Source: Lobosporangium transversale (taxonomy: Eukaryota). From it: 64,000 bases of DNA. Where the stretch lies: NCBI RefSeq assembly GCF_002105155.1, contig NW_019029003.1, positions 496,001 through 560,000 on the forward strand, given 5' to 3'. Made by a program: the position numbers and the translations under genes. The stretch's first letter is position 1. Each line of letters begins with the position of its first letter. This document shows positions 13,745 to 25,994 of this stretch, one piece after another. The notes beneath the pieces were generated by a model. That model saw only the letters and a program-made list of their open reading frames with translations, ran no database searches and was not told the DNA's origin.

Positions 13745-14394
13745 CGCCCCTGTTCCACATTTGTACCGCCAAATATTTTCGAAACAATAAAAAAACCGCG
13801 ATGCAAGATAGTATTTACAACAAAGAAGCACATCAACTATTTGGTCAGTGTCTTCCTCTTGTTTGCTCACATTCATGTACATTTTTTTTTTTAATATTGG
13901 TGTGTTTGTATGTCTATTAAGCTTTCTGTCTCTCCGTTTAACACAAGGAACCTCGCGCAAGAAAAAAAATGCCTTGCATGATTGGTGCCAAGCCTGAAAA
14001 CAGCGATTACGCACATGCCGTGCATGTAAGATAGGGCCTTGATACTATGACTATTATTATGTTCAACTCATGTAGACTCATCGAAATCAACTTGTGATCA
14101 CAACTGCTACTTGGGCGCATGGGCTCTATTGACATATTCACATGAATCTATCGATCATACTCTGTTGCCAAGGACTTGAAAACATATATGAATTCATTTC
14201 TTCCTTGATCTATAAGCCCTTACTTGTGGAGCCAAGGTTTGCTTCTTGTCAGCAGCAAAGTAAACTGATCCAAATTTTGTGTAAGTTTGATTTCTATTTT
14301 CAGGAATGGTAGGGTGTTGATAACTTTTAGCTCCTTGCGAAATTATCAATTGCTTATCATATAGGAATAGTTATTTCATTTTACATAGATTAGC

Positions 14395-14698
14395 AGAACC
14401 GCCGAGTGCTCCCATTTGAGTTCCTCGGTCTTTTCTCCTCACAACCTAGGGCTCGACGCTTGAGAGCTACGTCTTAGATGTAGCGATACCATGAAGCCCT
14501 AAGTCTGAAGTCTTGGAAAGCCTTGGGGCTTGGGACTTAGGCCAGAAGGCGTAGACTGCTCCGCCAAAGATCGGTCAAAATTATTCAAAGACGAGTGGCC
14601 GCGCCCCCACGAGACGAAGCCACCCTAGTGCCCGTTCATGGTGAATCGCTAGGTCTCTCCAATTCGCCTCGTTGTTTGTGCAAGGCTCTACGCTTTTT
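14395..14698 (+). ncRNA. Candidate structured RNA, family unassigned
   Basis: GC-rich island with several G-U-containing stems on the + strand, ending in TTTTT (14694-14698). No match to snRNA, U3, SRP, RNase P/MRP or tRNA signatures that I recognise. Confidence 0.3.
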
Positions 14699-14849
14699 AT
14701 AACAATAGCCTTCCTAAAATCCGAATGGATTTGTGATGGCCAGCTGGAATCTCTTTAAACCAAATGGAATATCTAGCTTAATGAGCATCTAATTCCGATC
14801 AAAAAGAATTTTTTATATGACCGAATAGTCACTTGAGTGGGTGGACAAT

Positions 14850-15054
14850 GACAACTAGGATGCGGATAGCCCCTTCTTTACAGCACCTGTCATTCAACAG
14901 CCCAGCTTACTCTATGTCGTATTTCAGGTAAGTATGGAAAATATAGATGCTCCCATGGACGCTGATAGCGTTGATCCGTTAATAGATATAACTGATGGAT
15001 ACTTCAAGCGAGAGGACAATGCACTGGCCGCCCAACATTTATTTCATTATTTTG

Positions 15055-15088
<34 letters not shown>

Positions 15089-15820
15089 AAATAGTATAAT
15101 GCTGTCAGTCAGTGTATCGTACTGATGTACTAAACATACGACTTGAAGTTTTCTTCAGTAAATTTTTACAAACATCGGTAAAAAAAAAAAAAAAAAAAAA
15201 ATCAATTACTTTTTTTTTTTACTATGTTTAAGTAAATAGTAAGTAAAAATTTACTAAAGAAAACTTCAAGTCGTATGTTCAGTACAGTACATCAGTACGA
15301 TACACTGCTGTCAGTAACAGAGACTGATATCTTTATTCGAGACAGACGAAAACGTAGGCTGCGCAGGGAGATAACAGGACACCGTGAGGCTGTCAAATTA
15401 GCCGTCTTTGTCCTGATAGCTGTCGCTAGGGTAACAGCCACCCAGACATAGCTGTGAGGCTCAGGAACAAAGAGGATATTTATGGAAGTTGTTGGCCTAT
15501 TACAAATAAACAACATGAAAAATATCTCAAGAGATTTGAATAAGCTAGTGCACTATGGCAAAAGCAATGGATTCTGGAAATCAATTTGCAATTCGTATTT
15601 ATGCAGGCTATGTACATGTAGCTTGTAGAAGGAACCCATGGAGTATACCTTATAGAGTAGCTAGGAACATTCACCATACCAAACGCGATCCTGGGTATTA
15701 CTTCCCTTTCCCTGACCCTGGCCGTCTTTTCAGTTATCAAGGTAAGACATATCACATACTTGTATTCAGTGCACTTTGTTTGAAGCACTGGAAAAACACC
15801 TCTTCAGCTTTATATTAGGG
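14850..15820 (+). pseudogene. Degenerate gene relic, possibly a Crinkler C-terminal PD-(D/E)xK nuclease-like domain, interrupted by a MITE
   Basis: Frameshifted fragments RRLRREITG...HPDIAVRLRNKE / FMEVVGLLQINNMKNISRDLNKL / MAKAMDSGNQFAIRIYAG resemble a PD...E...D..KL...MK pattern. There is no intact ORF. Confidence 0.3.
15110..15307. mobile_element. Non-autonomous hAT-type MITE (198 bp) with ~60-bp TIRs and 8-bp TSD
   Basis: Left TIR CAGTGTATCGTACTGATGTAC...AAATTTTTAC (15110-15169) is the near-perfect reverse complement of 15243-15307. CTGTCAGT is duplicated at 15102-15109 and 15308-15315. CAG- termini and an 8-bp TSD are hAT hallmarks. Confidence 0.9.
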
Positions 15821-16317
15821 TGATCTTGAGGCATTGGTGGAGCTGAACTCGATGGATGTAAGCGCTCTTGGTCATTCGGTGGTATCAAATGCGTAGAGGA
15901 AAAAAAAAAATCGAGATTAGCATAAAGCCTTAGTGCCGCCCAGCATTTGATCAGAATGGCCACTAACCCTGAGTGCAGAAGATGCATCACTACGGTACTT
16001 TGCAAAGCTAAACCATGTTTGTTGGCACGCCTATAAGGGATATTTCCTACATGCCTAAATATATTTGTGTGCTGTGTGCAAATGTAGTAGAGGCCTTCAA
16101 GGGAAATTGCAGGTGCTGTTACTCGAATACTGCCCTCCTTGAGATCGAGCTTACAATATAACCAAAAAGCATTCCATTTTGAATACTTGTCGTAACAAAA
16201 TCGGAGAGTAGCAAGGCTATGGCTGCATTTTTAAAATGTTATTCCAGAGCAGGTCAATGCTTCCTTACTTCCTATTGCACGAACCTCTCTCTCACATAAA
16301 TCTGCCAACAAAATACA

Positions 16318-16510
16318 GTGAATAATAACATTAAACTCTTCTACATCATCGATGGAGGCTCAGCTTTGTCTCCTTTCTCCGTGGAAGCCCCGCTTGATGA
16401 TGCCATCGATATCGATAGGCTCAGAGGTATTATCAAAGTCGAAAAGAGCGCTGAGTTTGGTAGTTGGGTTCGAACTGTCTTTCCCTCTGCAAGACCTCCA
16501 TATCCTTTAC
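16318..16510 (+). pseudogene. Crinkler (CRN) effector N-terminal domain pseudogene
   Basis: NNIKLFYIIDGGSALSPFSVEAPLDDAIDIDRLRGIIKVEKSAEF resembles the fungal CRN N-terminus (LxLFCLVDG...FxV...I.DLK..IK..K..F). The LxLWxVSI-type segment continues in a shifted frame (NCLSLCKTSIS). The start codon is GTG. Confidence 0.65.
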
Positions 16511-17297
16511 CAAAAGAGACATGGATATGATTATTTTTCTGGAAACATTTTCCTTCATTTACGGCTGGGTAATGATTAACATCGGTAGCGTTCTCTTTGC
16601 TGTGCAGCGTCTAAACGCGTCTCAACCATGACTACATTTAACGTATCCCTGCGGTCCGCAAATACAAAAGTTTTTTCATAGTCTGTTGATGTTATGGAAG
16701 CCTCGCCAGAAGACTTTGTATTAGCATTACATGATAAATCTCCCTATCCGCCATCGTCTTACTCTCCAAGTATTACACTATATCACAACCAACACGACAT
16801 TAGACATCTATAACACGGCCTTTTCATACAAGTGGCACTCTTAGAATTGAAAATAGAGGTGATCCCAACATTATCGTTGATCTTAAAACTGGAATCGTCT
16901 TTAAGGAAATACGAGTCATGGGATATTCTATGGATTCGTTGCCTTAATTCATTGACAGTGGCGATACTCATCCCCTGCTGGGCTTGCAGAGAATACAATT
17001 TCCGTTATTGATTCTCTCCACAAGTCAAAGTTATTAAATGGTGATGAATTTTAAAAGATGATGGTGAATGTGAACACAATGCTCCAGGATCATCAATAGA
17101 CTAGTTAGACGTGGCACAAGCTGAGATGATGAACTGTGTCTGCATCAAGTGCATGCTGTTTCTGCTTCAGGCACGTGCTGTTTCTGGAAAGAAAAAATTG
17201 TGCTGTTTATCAGGTGGCTGCTTTCAACTTTCTCACTTCCAGCGCAAATTCTAACAATCCTTTCTATCACTTTCATAAAAATCTTGAAGAAAAAAAA

Positions 17298-17548
17298 ATG
17301 CCTTCAACTTATGAAAAACAAGATACGATTGTAGATGTTGCTGGCACAAAAGAGGCCTATAAACCATCTCATCCAGGCCTCTTTGAGGTCTTTTATGCAG
17401 AAGGATCGTTCAACTCGCAGCTAGTTGCTTCTCAGGATTTTAAACAAGGCCAAATCATTTGTAAGATTGAAGGCACGGAACCAGGACCGAAAAGATACAG
17501 TAGCGTTCAAGTATCCAAGGACTCGCATATCGAACTGAACTCTGACCG

Positions 17549-17585
<37 letters not shown>

Positions 17586-17630
17586 CCCTCGAAAATTACT
17601 GTCAAGCTTCTTTCTTTATCAACTTAATAT

Positions 17631-17661
<31 letters not shown>

Positions 17662-18099
17662 GGGATCCTTCAGTCGTCTTTCTAAACCACTCATGCGACC
17701 CTTCAGTCACTCTTGACACCGACGAAATGAAGCTTATAGCAGCCAAGGACATTAAGAAAGGTTTCTTTATTTCACTTCTGCTCCCGAGCTAATACATATG
17801 ACATCATGTCGTGGAATGTGGAAACAATAGCGAATTGAACGACTATTAACACCTTACTGGCAAACAAACATTTCTTTTATACATAATCTTTCCATTCAGG
17901 TGACGCCTTGACGTTCTTTTATCCCTCAAGTGAGTGGGAGATGGATCAGCCATTCCCATGCTGGTGTGGATCTACAAAGTGCTGCAAAAGTATCCAGGGT
18001 GCCAAGTTCTTGTCAACCAAAGTCATAGATCAGTACTATGTCGCCTCTCATATTCGTGAACTACTCAAAGAACGTGATGAAGCGCAAGACTCGAAGTAA
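17298..18099 (+). CDS. Small SET-domain (post-SET) methyltransferase-like protein, 3 exons
   Basis: MPSTYEKQD...IELNSD|LVFLNHSCDPSV...AAKDIKKG|DALTFFYPSSEWEMDQPFPCWCGSTKC: contains NHSC-P, an LTFFY segment and the post-SET CxCG..C motif. Confidence 0.85.
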
Positions 18100-18264
18100 T
18101 CACCCGTGCTCAGAATTAAAAATAAAAAATGCATTGTGCACCCTTTTTATCGTCTTGCTTGTTTGTTTGTTTGTTTACAAGTTCAAGTATTCAATCATTT
18201 AATATACATATTACATAACATATATTTTCTCTTAAACAAATGATAACCAATTCTATAGGTATGT

Positions 18265-21200
18265 CTAAATGCCAAGTCTTCGCTTCCGCATAGGTGTTCC
18301 TGGCGCTCTGAATCCTGGAGTAGCGATCCTGAACCTTGCTTCTACAGCTGATCCTCCAGCCAGGGTATCAGCAGCTGCAGCCGCTGCAGCCGCCTCCCGT
18401 TCTTCCTTCTCCCTCGTCTCCTTCAAATCCATCTCGAGAGCCATTCTTGCCTCCTCAGCCTTAGTTGCTGCACGCTTCTCTCGATGCGTATACGACTTTT
18501 CCTTTATAGAATAGAACATTGGCCCCAACTCTGCCAACCAATGTGGATCCACGGATGTGACGCACTGCATATACTCCTTCGAGGTCATCACCAACTCATG
18601 GTACACGATGTAATCCGGGTTATAGCCCAGCCCATATAAGGCAGACGTTGGATGTAGATGGCAAGGCATACCCGTACGGCAATTGACATACTCACCCAAG
18701 GCCTTAATCCGTCCTGCTTGATGGAAATAAGCGGAGCAAATACATTTCCGGATGATATCCCAGTCTGTGTTACACGACACATAAGGCATCTTCTCTGTTT
18801 TCATCATATCCATCAATTGCGATCTGACCTCACGAGCTTTGCGCATTGCCTTCGGTTGCACAAAGTGTTTTACACACCAATCATCTCTATATCCATTTGA
18901 CCGCCATTGTGTATAAACGTTCAGGAGCGTCAGATGGTCACTCTCTGGGACAAAGAACTTCTCACGTGCAGAGTCGGATTCTTCAATTCGTTCTTTGGGC
19001 CTATAAAAAACAGAGGGCACAGAGAGCATCGACACAATCGTGACGATTTCTGCCGTACAGCCCATCTTTTCAGCCACGATTAACATTTTGGCCAACGAAG
19101 GTTCTGTCGGGAAAACTGCCATCTTCTTTCCTAAAGGTGTGAGCTCTCCTGTGTTATCAAGTGCACCTTGGATCCAGAGTTGATACATTGAATTGAGCAA
19201 GTTGTCCTGTGGTGGAGGGTCCATAAAATCAAACTCGAGCAGATTCTTTACATTGAGTGACTTGAGTTGTAAGACAACCGTCGCCAAATTAGTTCTCTGA
19301 ATTTCAGGAATCGGATTCTGAAACATCTCATATACAAATGCTTGCTCTGTGTATAATCGCCATGACGTTCCTGGCCCCGTACGTCCAGCGCGGCCTGACC
19401 GTTGATTAGCATTTGCTTGTGAGATAGGTGTAATTTGAAGCGAATCCATACCGATCTTGGGATTGAAGACTTTCAATTTTACATATCCAGCATCAACCAC
19501 ATATAAAATACCATCAATGGTAAGTGAAGTCTCTCCGATATTAGTCGCTACAACACACTTGCGGGCATTGTTCTCGCCAGGTTCAAAAATCTTGGCCTGC
19601 AGATCTGCTGGCATTTGTGAATAGATAGGTAGGACGGACAATGGCGGTGCATTGTCGATCTGTGCTAACCGCTCATTGATGACCTGACAAGTGATTTCGA
19701 TATCTTCTTGTCCGGTCATGAACACAAGGATATCTCCAGCAGGCTGCCCAAGGTGAATTGCAAGCACTTGCTTGACAGCGCTATCTACATAGTCCTCACA
19801 AGGCACTTTGCTGAACATGATATCGACAGGAAAAGTGCGTCCAGGGATAGTGAACGTAGCTGCGTTTCCATAAAAAGACGAGAACTAAAATTATTTGAAA
19901 AACAATGAAAGAATAGCATATCCTTCATATAAGTTTGCAGCCAACCATATATTTATAAAAAAATAAAAAAAAAAAAAAAAAAAAAAAAGAAAAGCACCTA
20001 GCATTAGTGGAGTGAATAATTTACCTTGTCTGCATTCATAGTTGCTGAAGTGACAATCAATTTCAAGTCGCGCCGCCGAGCCAGAATTTTCTTCATTAAT
20101 CCCATCAAGACATCTGTATTCAACGACCGCTCGTGGGCTTCATCCATAATGATGACAGAATAGTGATCTAAATCGCCTTCACGGATAGATTCGCGAAGCA
20201 ACACCCCGTCTGTCATGTATTTGATCACAGTCTCTGATGAAGTAACATCTTCGAAACGGATTGCATATCCAACAGTAGTCCCAAGTTTACAACCAACTTC
20301 CTCTGCGACACGACGAGCGACAGACATGGCCGCAACACGGCGAGGTTGTGTGCAACCAATCATTCCAAATGTGCTATATCCGTCTTCATGTAAGAACTGC
20401 GTCAACTGTGTGGTTTTACCAGAACCAGTCTCTCCAACTACAACAATCACTTGATTGTCACGAATTACCCGCATGAGCTCCTCTCTTACTGCGAATGCAG
20501 GCAAGTACTGGCGCTGCTCCTTGATTGATTTTGACTTTGAGAATGCACTGACAGCCTCTGATGCCTTTAAATGAGATGCAAATTGAGAATCGCCCTTGCC
20601 ATCCATGTTGTCATCTTCATCAGTCATTTCCTTAACTTTCGCTGCAGCTGCTTCCGCTTCCTGTTGCGCCTTCTCTTCAGGATTCTCAAGTCCCATGACA
20701 TTACCAAGGGCTGTTCCAGCAACTTGGAATTTCGGTGCCGCTTTCATCCTCTCTGCCTGCTCACGTTTCTCTCGAACAAGAGCACTGCCCTTTCTTGAAA
20801 AAACAGCCATATCGGACGTAGGGTCTTTAACAGACTGAACTGCTTCTACTTGCTTTGTAAAAACAACACGGCCATCAAGGAATGGTGGTCTGATATCGTG
20901 CACAAGTAAATGCACTCTCGCCTCAGATTCATCTTCGAAATCTGTATCCACCTCCTTGCGCTGATAGACACCTGAAGTCAGCATTCGATTAGTCTCCCAC
21001 ATTTCATTGTCCTTATTATATTGAGCTTGGCGCGCAGAAATCTTCTTCATCTGCTTTTTTTCCAATTCTTCTTCCTTTTTAGCATCATGCTCCTCGTAGT
21101 CTGCAAAAGGATTATGAATGTCATCCATAGCGCCTCCAGTTTCCTCCATGCTATACCAATCTCTATCAACCTGACGCTGCTCACTCTCCCATTCATCTTT

Positions 21201-22804
21201 GTCAGGAACATCCTCAAGGTCATCATCAGGGAAGGTATCGATTGCATCATTATAACCTGACGAAGAGACGCGCGGTGTAAACGTATCCCAGTCAGATGTC
21301 CCTCTACTCTGTGTAGGCGGCCTATAGTCTATTGGAATCAGAAAATCAATATTAATGGTCTGCGTAAAATATAGCTTCTCTCTCTCTCTCTTTTTTTTTT
21401 TTTTTTTTTTTTTTGGTTGAATTCTTAAGTAACCACTACTTACCTCGTCTTGGCGTTAATCCACCCTGCAAGAAGCTATCAGTGTCGCGACCTGTCCTTG
21501 CAGGCGTGGCATCCCATTCGCTCCTGTTGGAACGTTGGGTACGAGGCTCTGTAAAGTCATTTCTCCGTGGGGTAGCAGGCTCACGGAAACGATCATCGCG
21601 CCTTTCAGTATGTCTTCTCTCTCTATCATCACGTCTGTCTCTGTCATCCCTATCGATTGTTTTGTATCGGTCCCGATCACGAACCCATTCTTTATCTCGA
21701 CTTGACCTTGAATCAGTACGACCGTATCTGTCGTTATCCCGATCCCTATCTCTGCCTCTATCTCTATTCCTATCTCTGTCTTCGTCACGTCTATCCTGGG
21801 CTCTGTCATACAAACCTCCACGACCTCTGTCACGTTGTTTTCTTTCTTCTGCACGACGCAATGCTTCCTGATTGACACCGCCATGATGAGATGGTGTCTC
21901 CATGCGCTTAGTTCTGTACTGCGGTTGGACTCCTCGCCGAATGAACGGTTTTTCTGAATTGCCCTCCTTCGCTTTACTATCCATCTCTACATCTCGGGTA
22001 TCTTCCTGTGCATCAGATAGACTATCTCCATTTATCAACTCTTCCTCAACCTGTAGTCTGATCTTTTTGGACTCTGATGGTTTTTCACTACGACTGTCGC
22101 CACTAGCAGCCGCCGTCGCCGCCGCCGCCGCTGCTGCTGCACGTTCTCGTTCTTCTCGTTTTTCTTTGGCCAATTTGTCGAGGCCAAAGCGTGATACACC
22201 TGGAGGGAGCGCAGGTGCTTTAAAGACATGTTGGTCATCCACTGCAGTCTTCTTCTTCTTGATGATCAACCCTCCTGGCAAAGTAGGGGCCGGTGCTGCT
22301 TCCTCTTCATCATCATAAGCTCGCGTAAAGTTGGTCATGGCAACAGATGATTCCACTGCATCGTTTGATTTGCTCCTTGGATCATCTCGCCCCCCATTAC
22401 TGACATTATTTGATCCTGGTTTACTTGTTCCAGCAGGACCATTGACACCAAATTCTCGATCATGGTTCTGAACTTTTGTGTATACGTCGAACAAAAACTC
22501 ATCTTTGAATTTGCCAAAAGCTGCGCATGCTATAAAACCCATAATATAACAACAGTATTTTGAGCTTAGTATTAGTGCACTTTTAAAGGAGATGAAAGGC
22601 AGTGAAAAAGGTTGTGAAATTTTAAAAGACAATAGGAACTAAAGCTTTGTTTCGTGTGCTGTTTTTATTACCTTTGACGAAGCCGTTGGCCTGTTTATGA
22701 TTCCGTGCAATCTGAATGACCTGTCTTGCGAGCAAGTCATTCGCATTGACTAGATTGAGTGCTCTTGAGAGATCGATGGCGATCTGATGCTCTAAGTCAG
22801 ACAT
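18265..22804 (-). CDS. PRP16: Pre-mRNA splicing DEAH-box helicase PRP16 (DHX38)
   Basis: [17 protein letters not shown] and QRSGRAGR motifs. Prp16-type segments [23 protein letters not shown] and [16 protein letters not shown]-rich N-terminus; ATG at 22804 (MSDLEHQ). Confidence 0.95.
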
Positions 22805-23731
22805 TGAAATGAATGGGATGGGATGGTGGAGTTTTGTTAGGGGACATGCAGGTGCTGAAGTAAGGCCAGATTCTTTAGTGGCTTGAATTCTGGTGTTCAT
22901 ATTGATAGTCACAAAATTGGCTTTGGCACGGACCAAGCCCAAGCTTGGCTGTGTCACTGATCGGCTTTGCCCACTAGGCAGTAGAAGTTTTCAAGAGATT
23001 GGTGGCGAAACAAGGCAAAATCAAATATATTAAAAGCCACCACCAGTAGGTCTTATATCTATAAATATAAGGCAATAAACCGAAAGAACCCGACGAACAA
23101 CTCCTTCAGACCTTCACCACTTGTAGATTTTACCCTCGCTCGTTCTTTGTTAAATATTTATTACAAATTAATAATATTCAGTGCAGCGACCTATTCCGCT
23201 GTCGAGGAATCAACCACAACAGTACGGTTTGGGAATCAGTCAAGAGGTGAGTTTTGATAGAGAGTAAAAAAAAAAAAAGCAATAATGAGGTACTGCGTCA
23301 TATTGCGTTGCAAAGAGGATGTGGGATACTTTTCTTTTTTTTTTCGATCTTATCTGCTCAAGCCCAAGCCTCCCAGTGTATCAGTGGGTATCTTGATCAT
23401 GAATCTTAAAAAAACGGCTGGGCACAATCCCAATCAACCATGAATAGTATGATCGTATGATGAGTTCATTATTAAGTATTTTTTATTGAGATGGGCACAC
23501 ACTTCTAACGGGCGTAAATCTTGTGTTCAATACGAAGGCAATTTCCTTTTGTGGCTTAATTACATTTTTCGTCCGCGCAATTGGACTCCTTTGCCCTTTG
23601 TTATGTCTTTCTAAATGATCGTACGTGCTACGCATCAACATAACTTAACTTTTAGTCGTGCTGCTTAAGATTCTCTTAAAAAACCGCGTCTTTAATGTTT
23701 GTTTATTTACATTTTGCACTTATCAATCTCG

Positions 23732-23760
23732 ACGCGTTCTCTTCTCTTTTGTCTATAAAA
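23732..23760 (+). promoter_or_regulatory. MCB element (ACGCGT) and TATA box of RNR2
   Basis: ACGCGT at 23732-23737 and TATAAAA at 23754-23760, about 250-270 bp upstream of the RNR2 ATG. Confidence 0.5.
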
Positions 23761-24002
23761 TACGCTCCTCTTCTTCGCTCTTTTCTTCAACTCCTCCTCT
23801 TTTCATTAATCCTCATTTAGACAAATAACCTTCTTTCAAATACGACTGATCTACCCACACTTCACACCTCCTTCTTTACCAGTCATAATCCTCACTCACT
23901 CACTCACTCAAAGCTTTTTTTTTTTTTTTTTTTTTTTTTTTCTTCTTTTATTACCATAACGATTGTCATTAATATTTTATAAAGCAATCTTTCTTTTTCA
24001 CT

Positions 24003-25439
24003 ATGGCCACTACTGCTACCACCCCTGCCACGACTGTTGTTTCCAAGACTCAAGACGCTGATCTCCAAATTGCTGCTTCTCTTGCCGCCAAGATGAATGA
24101 CCTCAAGATGTCTGAACAAGACGAACCTCTTCTCAGGCCTAATCCTCGTCGTTTCGTTCTCTTCCCCATCAAGTTCCATGAGGTCTGGCAGATGTACAAG
24201 AAGGCTGAAGCATCCTTCTGGACTGCTGAGGAAGTAGATCTTTCCAAGGACATGCATGACTGGGAAAACCGTTTGACAGAAGATGAACGATTCTTCGTTT
24301 CACACATCCTGGCCTTCTTTGCTGCTAGCGATGGTATTGTGAATGAGAACCTCTTGGAACGTTTCTCGAATGAGGTCCAGATCCCTGAAGCAAGATGCTT
24401 TTATGGCTTCCAAATCATGATTGAGAATGTTCATTCAGAGATGTACTCTCTTCTCATTGACACCTATGTCAAAGAACCTGCTCAACGCGACCATCTTTTT
24501 GATGCCATCGATACTAGTAAGTGTCAATTTATGAAGGAGGGACTTTTTTTTAATTTTTTTTTTTCTGCATTGTTCATCCTCTCCTCATTCTCCTTCCCTC
24601 CCCTTTTCTCATTCCAATGAGGTTCTAATGGCTTGTGTTATTGTGTTATTGTGTTATTGAAGTACCGCGTTTTTTAAATTTTTAAAGCAAAAACAATTGT
24701 CTGTACGCAAAACTAGTTTGATTAGTTTGTGGTTGCGTACCTGAATTTTTTTTTTTCCTTTTCTTTTTTTCTTTGAGCTCAGCCCAAGTAATCCACACTT
24801 TTTTTTTTTGTCCTAACAAAACATATTCTATTTTATTTTGTGTTTTTTTTTATAGTTCCTTGCATTCGCAAGAAGGCTGCCTGGGCCATGAAGTGGATTT
24901 CTGACCAGGACGCAACCTTTGCTGAACGTTTGGTCGCCTTTGCTGCTGTTGAAGGCATCTTCTTCTCTGGCGCATTCGCTTCCATCTTTTGGCTCAAAAA
25001 GCGTGGTCTCATGCCTGGTCTGACCTTCTCCAACGAACTCATCTCGCGTGATGAGGGTCTCCACACTGATTTCGCCTGCTTATTGTTCTCATTGTTGAGA
25101 TCTCGTCCTGACCAAAAACGTGTCAATGCTATCATTACAGAGGCTGTTGTGATCGAACAAGAGTTCTTGACCGATGCTCTCCCTGTGATGTTGATTGGTA
25201 TGAATGCCAAGTTGATGAAACAATACATTGAGTTTGTGGCCGATCGTCTCTTGGTCGCGCTCGGAAACCCAAAACATTACAATGTTGAGAATCCTTTTGA
25301 CTTTATGGACTTGATCTCTCTTCAGGGCAAGACCAACTTCTTTGAGAAGCGTGTCTCGGATTACCAGAAGGCTGGTGTCATGTCTGCTTCTGCTGCAGAC
25401 AAGAGCGCCAACACTTTTACTCTCGACGCCGACTTTTAA
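24003..25439 (+). CDS. RNR2: Ribonucleotide reductase small subunit (R2), 2 exons
   Basis: [39 protein letters not shown] and SRDEGLH di-iron motifs; C-terminus TLDADF. Intron at about 24517-24855. Confidence 0.97.
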
Positions 25440-25804
25440 AATATATATATTTTTTTAACCTTGCATTTTTCATATACTTTTTCTGTACAGTACCTATTAT
25501 TTTTTTTACTATATCCTTTACTATTTCCTTTTTTATCACACCAAAATCTCTAGTGAGATGAATGTGAATGATGCAGACAGAAAAAAAAAAGTGTAAATAA
25601 AGTATGAAAATAAAAATCCTTCAGTTCCAAGATGTTTACTTTGCTTCAACACAAGTATAAAAGAATCTTTCCTTTTACATGTCATGAATGTAAATGGAAC
25701 CGTGTAAAGAAAAATATAAAAAATTTTATTTCAACTAATTCAACTGAATGAAATTGATTTTGCTGTGGTCGAATTTGTCCCAAAAAGACACCTTTTGTGT
25801 TTGT

Positions 25805-25963
25805 TTAGAAATGCTTACTACCGCCATTGCTGTTTTTGGACAGTTTAAAGGCCATGATCAGAGCAACAAAGACACCACAAGCCGCCAAGAACTTGAGATA
25901 CCACATCACGCCAGTCTTTTTCTGAGGAGGAGGCGTATTATTGTTTGCTTGCTGTAAACACGT

Positions 25964-25994
<31 letters not shown>

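Noticed and set aside
14449..14520. TPP riboswitch (TGAGA...ATACC)
   Set aside because: The downstream CTTGAT...TAAT...GCG core is missing and no thiamine gene is adjacent.
14314..14704. Solo LTR (TGTTG...TAACA)
   Set aside because: The flanks (TAGGG vs ATAGC) give no target-site duplication. Not fully excluded.
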